Shown here: positions 39,824-48,704 of the stretch, piece after piece | How positions within the stretch are numbered: position 1 is the stretch's first letter | How the letters are laid out: every line of letters begins with the position of its first letter | Assembly: GCA_963828675.1 (NCBI GenBank) | Contig: CAWHFQ010000001.1 | Span: forward strand, 1,538,261 to 1,602,260 | DNA from: an uncultured Gammaproteobacteria bacterium | GTDB lineage: Bacteria; Pseudomonadota; Gammaproteobacteria; Xanthomonadales; Rhodanobacteraceae | Direction: 5' to 3' | Length of the DNA stretch: 64,000 bases | The notes under the pieces: generated by a model | What the model was told of the DNA's origin: nothing | The model's database searches: none | The model's input: the letters and a program-made list of their open reading frames with translations, nothing else | Position numbers and translations under genes: made by a program

Positions 39824-39852
39824 AATATAGGTGGCCTTGGTGGAAATGTGAA
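39824..39852 (-). promoter_or_regulatory. candidate sigma70 promoter TTCACA-17 nt-TATATT abutting the methyltransferase start
   Basis: Read on the minus strand. The -10 ends 2 nt before the ATG at 39821, so the transcript would be leaderless or nearly so, possibly using the ATG at 39815. Confidence 0.4.
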
Positions 39853-40001
39853 TGCCCAGACCGTATACACGCTTCGTGAGAGCGTAGATCTGCCTGCACG
39901 CCTATTTCAGAACTCTCCCAGCCCATCCGAGCGTTACTCGATCCAGCTTGAACAATCACCTTGGAGACCGTAAGCCGGATCGACGAAAAAGGCAGCGGGC
40001 T

Positions 40002-41828
40002 TCATTCCCTCTTCGAAAACTCCTGACTGGGAATTGAGTGTCTACTCGGCGCAGGCGGCACCAGAGCGATCACCGTCCAGCCCGGCTTCGGCTCCAGCTC
40101 GCGCTTGGTCGAAGCAACCCGCAAGGCGCCCTTTTCTTCCACACCGAACATCAGCACCGTATGCGAGCCGTATTGCTCGATGAAGTGCGGCCAGTCGAAC
40201 GTGGTGCTGAGTTTGGTCGACTTGATCCGCCAGCCTTGCGCGAGCATGTCGGCAAAGCGGCCGTGGGTCATCTCCTCGTCGAACAGCGGCGGCGCCAGCA
40301 GACTGCCGGCGAGCGCGGCGCGAGCGGTGTTTTCCTGCGGGGTCAGGTTGCGCAGCCGATACACCCGCTCGCGCCCGAACTCCTGGCGATAGTGCACGCA
40401 GGCCAGCGAATTGCGTTCGCGATGCGTCGAGACCGCCAGCAGGCGACCGATTCCCGTGAGATCCAGATGGCGCTCGGCATGCGGAGAAGCCGGGTTGCCG
40501 AAAAACGTGCTCAGGCCATCCATTCGCGCCTGGCGTATACCGTCCCAGTCGTCATCGGCCAGCACCACGCGGAAACCGGCCTCGTGCAGCGACTTGCCGA
40601 TCGCGCGGGCCACCTGGTCGGAACCGAAGATCAGCACGCCGCGCGGCTCCGGTTCGGCCACCTTCAGCCAGATCGCCAGCGGCCGCGCGGTGGCGCTTTG
40701 CAGGATCACCGTACCGATGATCAGGGTGAACACCAGCGGCACCAGCGCGTCGGCACCGGCCACGCCGAGCTGGTCCAGACGCAGCGCGAACAATGCCGAC
40801 ACCGACGCCGCCACGATGCCGCGCGGCGCCACCCAGCCGATCAGCGCGCGCTCGCGCCAACTGAGGCTGCTGCGAAAACTGGCAATGGCCACCGTCACCG
40901 GCCGCACCACCAGCTGCGCGATCACGAACAGCGCGATGCCCGCGCCCAGCATGCCATCCGGCAGCGGCCAGTGCAGCCGTGCCGCGAGCAGGATGAACAG
41001 CAACGACACCAGCACCGTGGTGAGGCTTTCCTTGAAGTCGAGGATGTCGTCGATGTGCACGCCGCGCAGGTTGCCCAGCGCAATGCCCATGATCGTCACC
41101 GTCAGCAGGCCCGATTCGTGGGTGAGCGTGTTCGAGATACTGAAGGCGAACAGCACGGCGGCCAGCACCGCGTAGTTCTGCAGGTATTCCGGGATCATCT
41201 GGTGACGCAGGAAGAACGCCATCAGCCATGCCGACAGCGCGCCGGTCACCACGCCGCAGCCCACCGTCGCGACGAAGATGCCGAGGGTGTGGCCCTCCTG
41301 ATGCGAGACGATCGCCTCGTAGATCAGGACGGCGAACAGCGCGCCCAGCGGGTCGATCACGATGCCTTCCCAGCGCAGCGTGTTGGCGATGCGCGCATTC
41401 GGCCGCAAGGTGCGCAGCATCGGCGCGATCACCGTCGGCCCGGTCACGCAGGCCAGTGCGCCGAACAGCAGCGCGATCGGCCACGCCAGGCCGGCGACGA
41501 TGTGGGCGGCCCATGCCAGCAGCAGCAGCGAAGCGACAGCGCCATAGCTGACCAACCCGCGCACCGCCTTGCCGATCCCGGGCAAATCATGAAAGCGCAA
41601 GGTCAGGCTGCCCTCGAACAGGATCAGCGCCACCGCCAGCGACACGATCGGGAACAGCAAATCGCCCAGCAGCTTGTCCGGATCGAGCAGCCCGGTGACC
41701 GGTCCGAGCACGATGCCGGCCAGCAGAAGAAAGACGATCGCCGGCAGTTTGACCCGCCACGCCAGCCATTGCGCCAGAAAACCGATCATCAACATGCCGG
41801 CGAGCATCAGGCCGAGCTCGATAGTCAT
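40002..41828 (-). CDS. cation:proton antiporter (CPA1/NhaP-like) with C-terminal RCK/TrkA-like domains
   Basis: Has about 12 TM helices starting MTIELGLMLAGMLMIGFLAQ. The cytoplasmic tail has a Rossmann-like VLIFGSDQVARAIGKSL..GF.VVLAD block. Confidence 0.85.
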   Translation of the reverse strand: MTIELGLMLAGMLMIGFLAQWLAWRVKLPAIVFLLLAGIVLGPVTGLLDPDKLLGDLLFPIVSLAVALILFEGSLTLRFHDLPGIGKAVRGLVSYGAVASLLLLAWAAHIVAGLAWPIALLFGALACVTGPTVIAPMLRTLRPNARIANTLRWEGIVIDPLGALFAVLIYEAIVSHQEGHTLGIFVATVGCGVVTGALSAWLMAFFLRHQMIPEYLQNYAVLAAVLFAFSISNTLTHESGLLTVTIMGIALGNLRGVHIDDILDFKESLTTVLVSLLFILLAARLHWPLPDGMLGAGIALFVIAQLVVRPVTVAIASFRSSLSWRERALIGWVAPRGIVAASVSALFALRLDQLGVAGADALVPLVFTLIIGTVILQSATARPLAIWLKVAEPEPRGVLIFGSDQVARAIGKSLHEAGFRVVLADDDWDGIRQARMDGLSTFFGNPASPHAERHLDLTGIGRLLAVSTHRERNSLACVHYRQEFGRERVYRLRNLTPQENTARAALAGSLLAPPLFDEEMTHGRFADMLAQGWRIKSTKLSTTFDWPHFIEQYGSHTVLMFGVEEKGALRVASTKRELEPKPGWTVIALVPPAPSRHSIPSQEFSKRE

Positions 41829-41901
41829 CACAGTCCCTGGAAATACAAGACCGCTATCGGAGCATGTGTCGACGCGGCCGTCCAGCCGGCGCGCGGATAC
41901 C

Positions 41902-43401
41902 TCAACGTCGTCGGTACTGCAGCGCCTCGGCCAGATGCTCGCGCTCCAGCAACGCGGCACCGCCATCGATATCCGCGATCGTTCGGGCGACCCGCAGCAC
42001 GCGGTGATAGGCCCGTGCGGAGAGGCCCAGCCGCTCCAGCGCATGCTCGAACCAGCGCCGCTCGGACGGTCCCAGTGCACAGTCGCGCTCCAGTTCGCGC
42101 GTGCTTATTTCGGCGTTCGGTCGTCCGGCGCGCATCAGCGCATGGCGCCGCGCACCCAGTACGCGCGCGCGCACCGTCGCCGAATCCTCGTCGCGCCCGC
42201 TGCGCGGCGATCCGAGCTCGGCCAGGGGCATCGGCGGCACTTCCACACAAAGGTCGATGCGATCGAGCAACGGACCGGAAATGCGCGCGCGGTAGCGCTG
42301 GATCTGATCGGGCGTGCACTGGCAGCGCTGGCGCGGATCACCGGCGTAACCGCAGGGACACGGATTCATTGCCGCCACCAGCTGGAATTGCGCCGGAAAG
42401 GTCGATTGCCGCGCCGCCCGCGAAATCAGGATCTGGCCCGATTCCATCGGTTCGCGCAGCACTTCCAGCACGTGCCGGCTGAACTCGGGCAATTCATCGA
42501 GGAACAGCACGCCGTTGTGGGCCAGCGAAATTTCGCCCGGGCGCGGATACGATCCGCCGCCGACCAGCGCCACCGCCGATGCCGTGTGATGCGGCGAACG
42601 AAACGGCCGCCGCCGCCAGCGCGCCAGATCGGTTACCTGGCCGGCCACCGACAGCACCGCGCAGGTCTCCAGCGCCTCCGACTCCGACATCGGCGGCAGA
42701 ATCCCGGGCAGGCGTTCGGCGAGCATGGTCTTGCCTGTCCCCGGCGGCCCGATCAGCAAAAGGTGATGACCACCGACCGAGGTGATCTCCAGCGCACGAC
42801 GCGCCTGCAATTGTCCACGCACATCGCTCAGGTCCGGCCCGTCGTCCGCGCCACCGTCACCGGGCAGGCCGACCGGCGCGGAAAGTTCGTCTGCTCCGCG
42901 CAGCCATCCGCACACCTCGGCCAGCGTATCGGCCACCCGCACATCCACATCCGAAACCAGCGCGGCCTCCGCGGCATTCTCGCGAGGCACCACCACCCGC
43001 CGGCCGCGCGCACGCGCGCGCAGCAACGCCGGCACCACGCCGGATACGCGGCGCAGCGCACCGGTCAGCGCCAGCTCGCCCAGAAATTCACAATCGTCGA
43101 GCTTCTCGCGCGGCACCTGGCCGCTGGCGGCAAGAATGCCCAGCGCGATCGAGAGATCAAAACGCCCCCCGTCCTTGGGCAGCTCGGCCGGCGCCAGGTT
43201 CACCGTGACGCGGCGACCGGGATATTCGAAGGCCGTGTTCTGGATCGCCACTCGCACACGATCGCGCGCCTCGCGCACCGCGGCCTCGGGCAGGCCAACG
43301 ATATTGGTGCACGGCAAGCCGCCGGACAGATGCACCTCGACCATGACCTGCGGTGCGGCGATCCCTTCCTGGGCACGACTGAGGATGACCGCAAGACTCA
43401 T
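41902..43401 (-). CDS. comM: YifB/ComM family Mg-chelatase-like AAA+ ATPase
   Basis: Has an N-terminal Lon-protease-like ChlI domain (VEVHLSGGLP...IVGLPEAAVREARDRV), Walker A GPPGTGKT, and a C-terminal HRVLRVARTIADI block. Confidence 0.92.
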   Translation of the reverse strand: MSLAVILSRAQEGIAAPQVMVEVHLSGGLPCTNIVGLPEAAVREARDRVRVAIQNTAFEYPGRRVTVNLAPAELPKDGGRFDLSIALGILAASGQVPREKLDDCEFLGELALTGALRRVSGVVPALLRARARGRRVVVPRENAAEAALVSDVDVRVADTLAEVCGWLRGADELSAPVGLPGDGGADDGPDLSDVRGQLQARRALEITSVGGHHLLLIGPPGTGKTMLAERLPGILPPMSESEALETCAVLSVAGQVTDLARWRRRPFRSPHHTASAVALVGGGSYPRPGEISLAHNGVLFLDELPEFSRHVLEVLREPMESGQILISRAARQSTFPAQFQLVAAMNPCPCGYAGDPRQRCQCTPDQIQRYRARISGPLLDRIDLCVEVPPMPLAELGSPRSGRDEDSATVRARVLGARRHALMRAGRPNAEISTRELERDCALGPSERRWFEHALERLGLSARAYHRVLRVARTIADIDGGAALLEREHLAEALQYRRR

Positions 43402-43477
43402 GCGGCGTCAGGGCGATGGCGCATGGTGGATGGGGCGCTGACAGGCACGGACATCGAGCAGCTCCATCAGCAACGCT

Positions 43478-43532
43478 GAATAAATAACCGCCTCCGATCG
43501 TTCTCGGGGTGAGGGTGACGGATCGGAGGCGG
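43478..43532 (-). terminator. rho-independent terminator after ubiK
   Basis: A 12-bp perfect stem pairs ccgcctccgatc (43488-43499) with gatcggaggcgg (43521-43532). On the minus strand it is followed by TTATTTATT. Confidence 0.7.
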
Positions 43533-43549
43533 CTCCCGGGAGGTGGTTG

Positions 43550-43810
43550 TCACGAGCCCGTACGGGCAGACACTGCGGCTTCAAGCTCGGCCACGCGTCG
43601 CTCCAAGTCGTCGACCTTGGCACGGGTACGTGCCAGTACCTGGGTCTGGACTTCGAATTCTTCGCGGGTGACCAGTTCGAGGCGGCGCAATCCTTGCGCC
43701 AGAACATCCTGGAAGTTGGTTCGCAAATCCTGATGCGCCTGTGCCACCCCTGGCGGTACCAACGACACAAGTCGCAGGGCAATCTGATCGATATCCTGCC
43801 TATCCATCAT
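43550..43810 (-). CDS. ubiK: ubiquinone biosynthesis accessory factor UbiK (YqiC/BMFP family)
   Basis: 86 aa. Contains LVTREEFEVQTQVLARTRAKVDDLERRVAELE, the typical coiled-coil core. Confidence 0.8.
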   Translation of the reverse strand: MMDRQDIDQIALRLVSLVPPGVAQAHQDLRTNFQDVLAQGLRRLELVTREEFEVQTQVLARTRAKVDDLERRVAELEAAVSARTGS

Positions 43811-43894
43811 GGATAGCGCCTCGCACTCGTCGAGGTAAATACTAGGTGAAGGTAAATCGGGCGCGCCATCGGTATGCTCCGTCAGAATTTGTAA

Positions 43895-44329
<435 letters not shown>

Positions 44330-44419
44330 CGTCGCCGCAACCCGAGCCGTCGCCGCCGCAAGCGGCTTTCATTGCGACTTGTACACAACTTGTTGGGTTG
44401 ACCCTGCCCGGGCCACCCG

Positions 44420-44650
44420 ATATGTTGTGTGCGTCGGTGCCCGACCAGATGCGACATCGGTCGGGCTTAAAAGGGAATCCGGTGTGACTCCGGAACTGCC
44501 CCGCAGCGGTAGAGCGGAAACGAAAGCACCCACATTGCACTGGCCCTCCGCGGCTGGGAAGCGGGAGCAAGTAGGCGGATCGCCTTGATCCACGTCCGCA
44601 AGTCCGAAGACCTGCCGGCACATCGGGACGAACGTGTCCCGGTGCGTAGT
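44420..44650 (+). promoter_or_regulatory. cobalamin (B12) riboswitch upstream of nrdA
   Basis: Conserved core elements are present: ggtgcc..., aaaagggaatccggtg.gactccggaactgccccgcagcggta, gcactggcc...gggaag, and the B12 box aagtccgaagacctgccgg (44600-44618). A hairpin cgggac-gaacgt-gtcccg follows. Confidence 0.85.
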
Positions 44651-44788
44651 GACGGCTTCCGCGGGGAAGTGCGTCGTGAAGCCGGTCGCCGCAAGGCGTC
44701 CGCTTGCGCGCCGCCTCCGGAATCCATCGCTATCAGGCCCTGCTCGAGGGAAGCAGGCGTTTGATGTCCAAGCCGGAGCCACCAAGCC

Positions 44789-47218
44789 ATGCAGCCCCTC
44801 GATACCGTTGAGCGCGAGCGCACCGTCGCGCGCGCCGATTCCCCCACCCTTCCCGCCGACGACACCGCGTTCGCACTGACCCCGCCGCACAGCCCCGCGC
44901 AGATGCACGTCACCAAACGCAACGGCGGCCAGGAAATCGTCGACGTCAACAAGATCGTGCGCGCCGTGACGCGCAGCGCCGAAGGTCTGCACGGCGTCGA
45001 CCCGCTGCGGGTGGCGCTGAAGACCATCGGTGGCCTGTACGACGGCGCCACCACCCAGGAGCTGGACCAGCTCTCGATCCGCACCGCCGCCGGCCTCACC
45101 GCCGAAGAACCCGAGTACGGCCAGCTCGCCGCGCGCCTGCTCGGCGCCTACATCGACAAGGAAGTCAGCGGCCAGGAAATCCAGAGCTTCTCGCAATCGA
45201 TCGCGCGCGGCGCCGAGCTCGGCATCCTCAACGACCGCCTGCGCGACTTCGTCGCCACCAACGCGCGCAAGCTCAATGACGCGATCGAACCGCTGGCCAC
45301 CCGCCGCTTCGAATACTTCGGCCTGCGCACCGTGTACGACCGCTACCTGCTGCGCCACCCGCAGCAGCGGCTGGTGATCGAGACGCCGCAGCACTTCTTC
45401 ATGCGCATCGCCTGCGCACTCGGTGGCAACGAGATCGGGGAAACGCTGGAGCTGTACCGGCTGCTGTCCTCGCTGGAATACATCGCCAGCTCGCCCACCC
45501 TGTTCAACGCCGGCACCGCGCATGAGCAGCTCAGCTCGTGCTACCTGCTCGACTCGCCGGTCGATTCGCTGGAGTCGATCTACGACAAGTACGCCGACGT
45601 GGCCAAACTATCCAAATTCGCCGGCGGCATCGGCCTGGCGTATTCGCGCGTGCGTTCGCGCGGCTCGCTGATCAAGGGCACCAATGGCCACTCCAACGGC
45701 CTGCTGCCATGGTTGAAGACACTGGACGCCTCGGTCGCCGCGGTGAACCAGGGAGGCAAGCGCAAGGGTGCGGCCTGCGTGTATCTCGAATCGTGGCACG
45801 CCGACATCGAGGACTTCCTGGAACTGCGCGACAACACCGGCGATGACGCGCGACGCGCGCACAACCTCAACATTGCCAACTGGATCCCCGACGAGTTCAT
45901 GCGCCGCGTCGAGAGCGATGGCGACTGGTCGTTGTTCGATCCGAAGGTGGTACCGCACTTCGTCGACAGTTGGGGCGCGGCATTCGACGCCGGGTACCGC
46001 CAGGCCGAGGCCGACGGTCTGGCGGTGAAAACCGTCAATGCGCGCGAACTGTACGCCCGCATGATGCGCACGCTGGCGCAGACCGGCAACGGCTGGATGA
46101 CGTTCAAGGATCGCTGCAACGCCACCAGCAATCAGACGGCCAAACCGGAAAACGTGATTCATCTGTCCAACCTTTGCACCGAGATCCTCGAAGTGAGCTC
46201 GGTAGACGAGACCGCCGTGTGCAACCTGGGCTCGGTCAACCTGGCGCGGCACGTCAGCGATGGCGTGTTCGATTTCGAACAGCTCGCGTCGACCGTGCGC
46301 ACCGCGGTACGCCAGCTCAACCGGGTGATCGACCTCAACTTCTATCCGATCGAAACCGCACGTACCGCGAACATGAAGTGGCGCCCGGTCGGGCTGGGCG
46401 TGATGGGCCTGCAGGACGTGCTCTTCAAGCTGCGCCTGCCGTTCGACTCGGCCGAAGCGCTGGCGCTGTCCACCCGCATCGCCGAGGAGATCTACTTCCA
46501 CGCGCTGTCCCAATCGTGCAGCCTAGCCGAGACCGAGGGTGCGCACCCGGGTTTTGCGGAAAGCCGCGCCGCGAACGGCGAGTTGCAATTCGACCACTGG
46601 CCGAACGCCACCCCGCACGACAGCGCACGCTGGGATGCCCTGCGCGAGAAGATCAAGCTGCACGGCCTGCGCAACTCGCTGCTGATCGCGATTGCCCCGA
46701 CCGCCACCATCGCTTCGATCGCCGGCTGCTACGAATGCATCGAGCCGCAAGTGAGCAACCTGTTCAAGCGCGAGACGCTGTCTGGCGATTTTCTGCAGGT
46801 GAACCGCTACCTGGCCGACGAGTTGAAGGTGCTGGGGTTGTGGACGTCCGACATCCGCGATGCGATCAAGCTGGCGGAGGGTTCGATCCAGCGCATCACC
46901 GCGATCCCCGAGCGCCTGCGCGAAATCTACCGCACCGTGTGGGAATTGCCGCAGAAGGCGCTGATCGAACTGGCGGCTTCGCGTGGCGCTTACATCGATC
47001 AGAGCCAATCACTGAACCTTTTCATGGAGAACCCGAACATCGGCCAGCTGAGCTCGATGTACATGTACGCGTGGAAGGCCGGGATCAAGACCACGTACTA
47101 CCTGCGTTCGCGGCCGGCGACGCGGATCGCCAAGACCACGGTGTCCGACCAGGCCGAAGCCACCGCCGCGGTGTTCTGTTCGCTGGAGAACCCGGAATGC
47201 TGCGAGGCCTGCCAATAA
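44789..47218 (+). CDS. nrdA: class I ribonucleoside-diphosphate reductase alpha subunit
   Basis: 809 aa. It has an ATP-cone-like N-terminus (VTKRNGGQEIVDVNKI) and the catalytic blocks NLCTEI, PTATIASI and YYLRS. It is paired with nrdB downstream. Confidence 0.93.
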   Translation: MQPLDTVERERTVARADSPTLPADDTAFALTPPHSPAQMHVTKRNGGQEIVDVNKIVRAVTRSAEGLHGVDPLRVALKTIGGLYDGATTQELDQLSIRTAAGLTAEEPEYGQLAARLLGAYIDKEVSGQEIQSFSQSIARGAELGILNDRLRDFVATNARKLNDAIEPLATRRFEYFGLRTVYDRYLLRHPQQRLVIETPQHFFMRIACALGGNEIGETLELYRLLSSLEYIASSPTLFNAGTAHEQLSSCYLLDSPVDSLESIYDKYADVAKLSKFAGGIGLAYSRVRSRGSLIKGTNGHSNGLLPWLKTLDASVAAVNQGGKRKGAACVYLESWHADIEDFLELRDNTGDDARRAHNLNIANWIPDEFMRRVESDGDWSLFDPKVVPHFVDSWGAAFDAGYRQAEADGLAVKTVNARELYARMMRTLAQTGNGWMTFKDRCNATSNQTAKPENVIHLSNLCTEILEVSSVDETAVCNLGSVNLARHVSDGVFDFEQLASTVRTAVRQLNRVIDLNFYPIETARTANMKWRPVGLGVMGLQDVLFKLRLPFDSAEALALSTRIAEEIYFHALSQSCSLAETEGAHPGFAESRAANGELQFDHWPNATPHDSARWDALREKIKLHGLRNSLLIAIAPTATIASIAGCYECIEPQVSNLFKRETLSGDFLQVNRYLADELKVLGLWTSDIRDAIKLAEGSIQRITAIPERLREIYRTVWELPQKALIELAASRGAYIDQSQSLNLFMENPNIGQLSSMYMYAWKAGIKTTYYLRSRPATRIAKTTVSDQAEATAAVFCSLENPECCEACQ

Positions 47219-47234
47219 CGCAAGGGGTGTCGTG

Positions 47235-47459
47235 ATGAAGCGTTACCGGAATCTCGACGGCCACTCCGGCGTCAGCGCCTACGAATCCGGTGAAGGCTTC
47301 ATCCGCATCCGTTTCGTCAACGGCGATGCGTACGAATACACCGACGAGGCCACTGGCCGCGAGCACGTCGCGAACATGCGGCAACTCGCGCAAGCCGGCC
47401 TCGGCCTCGCCACCTACGTCAGCCGCTTCGTGCATGACGCCTATGCGCGCAAGCTTTGA
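47235..47459 (+). CDS. small KTSC-domain-like protein between nrdA and nrdB
   Basis: An AAGGGG SD lies 7 nt upstream. The pattern SGVSAYESGEGFIRIRFVNGDAYEYTDE...GLGLATYVSRFV resembles the KTSC domain as I remember it. Confidence 0.55.
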   Translation: MKRYRNLDGHSGVSAYESGEGFIRIRFVNGDAYEYTDEATGREHVANMRQLAQAGLGLATYVSRFVHDAYARKL

Positions 47460-47472
47460 ATGAAGGAATTCC

Positions 47473-48498
47473 ATGTCCGCGCAACCCCCGCACAACGCCC
47501 ACATCCTCGATCCCGGCTTCGAACTGACCCTGCGGCCGATGCGCTACCCCGGCTTCTACGAGATGTATCGCAACGCGATCAAGAACACCTGGACCGTCGA
47601 GGAGGTGGATTTCTCGATGGACACCAGCGACCTGAACAACAAGATGTCCGCCGCCGATCGCCACCTGATCCAGCGGCTGGTGGCGTTCTTCGCCACCGGC
47701 GACACCATCGTGTCGAACAACCTGGTGTTGAATCTCTACCAGCACATCAACGCGCCCGAAGCGCGCATGTACCTGTCGCGCCAGCTGTACGAGGAAGCGC
47801 TCCACGTGCAGTTCTACCTCACGCTGCTGGATACCTACATCCCCGATCCGGCCGAACGCAACGGCGCGTTCGCGGCGATCGAGACGATCCCGTCGATCCG
47901 GCAGAAGGCAGCGTTCTGCTTCAAGTGGATCGACTCGATCCAGGGCCTGCGCCGGCTGGAAACACGCGAGCACCGGCGCCGGTTTCTGCTCAACCTGATC
48001 TGCTTCGCCGCCTGCATCGAAGGGCTGTTCTTCTTCGCCGCGTTCGCCTACGTCTACTACCTGCGCTCGCGCGGACTGCTGCATGGGCTGGCCGCCGGCA
48101 CCAACTGGGTGTTCCGCGACGAGAGCGGGCACATGGCGTTCGCGTTCGAGGTGGTGCGCACCGTTCGCGCGCAAGAGCCCGAGTTGTTCGACGATGAAAT
48201 GCGTGCACAAGTCGCAGAGATGATGGAAGAGGCGATCGCCTGCGAGACGCAGTTCGCCGAAGACGTGCTGTCCGGCGGCGTGGCCGGCATGTCGGTTAAG
48301 GACATGCGCCAGTACCTCGAATACTGCGCCGACCAGCGCCTTGCCCAGCTCGACATGCCGAAGAAATACGGTGCAAGGAACCCGTTCGACTTCATGGATC
48401 TGCAGGACGTGCAGGAGCTGGCCAACTTCTTCGAACGGCGCGTCTCGGCCTACCAGGTCGGCGTGCAGGGCGAGGTGGCGTTCGACATGGCATTTTGA
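47473..48498 (+). CDS. nrdB: class I ribonucleoside-diphosphate reductase beta subunit
   Basis: 341 aa. It has ferritin-like di-metal ligand blocks (EEALHVQFY, FRDESGHMAF) and a C-terminal acidic tail for alpha-subunit binding. Confidence 0.92.
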   Translation: MSAQPPHNAHILDPGFELTLRPMRYPGFYEMYRNAIKNTWTVEEVDFSMDTSDLNNKMSAADRHLIQRLVAFFATGDTIVSNNLVLNLYQHINAPEARMYLSRQLYEEALHVQFYLTLLDTYIPDPAERNGAFAAIETIPSIRQKAAFCFKWIDSIQGLRRLETREHRRRFLLNLICFAACIEGLFFFAAFAYVYYLRSRGLLHGLAAGTNWVFRDESGHMAFAFEVVRTVRAQEPELFDDEMRAQVAEMMEEAIACETQFAEDVLSGGVAGMSVKDMRQYLEYCADQRLAQLDMPKKYGARNPFDFMDLQDVQELANFFERRVSAYQVGVQGEVAFDMAF

Positions 48499-48642
48499 AG
48501 GAGCGACGGGACGGTTCCTGACGGCCTGGTCGCGTGGAGCTTATGGTCCCAATAGGTGCGCCACTCCCCCGAGCATGGAACCCGGCGGTGCCGGCTCTTT
48601 CATCCCTGACCAGGCTGCAGGGACGAGGTTACCGGCGACCTA

Positions 48643-48690
48643 TTGACTACAGGTGTAGTCAAGGCGTACGGTGACTACACCTGTAGTCAA
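48643..48690. promoter_or_regulatory. two tandem cop-box/BlaI-type operators (TACAnnTGTA)
   Basis: ttgacTACAggTGTAgtcaa (48643-48662) and gtgacTACAccTGTAgtcaa (48671-48690) are both 20-bp near-perfect dyads. They lie directly upstream of the BlaI-family gene. Confidence 0.75.
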
Positions 48691-48704
48691 GAAGTGCTCC
48701 GGTC

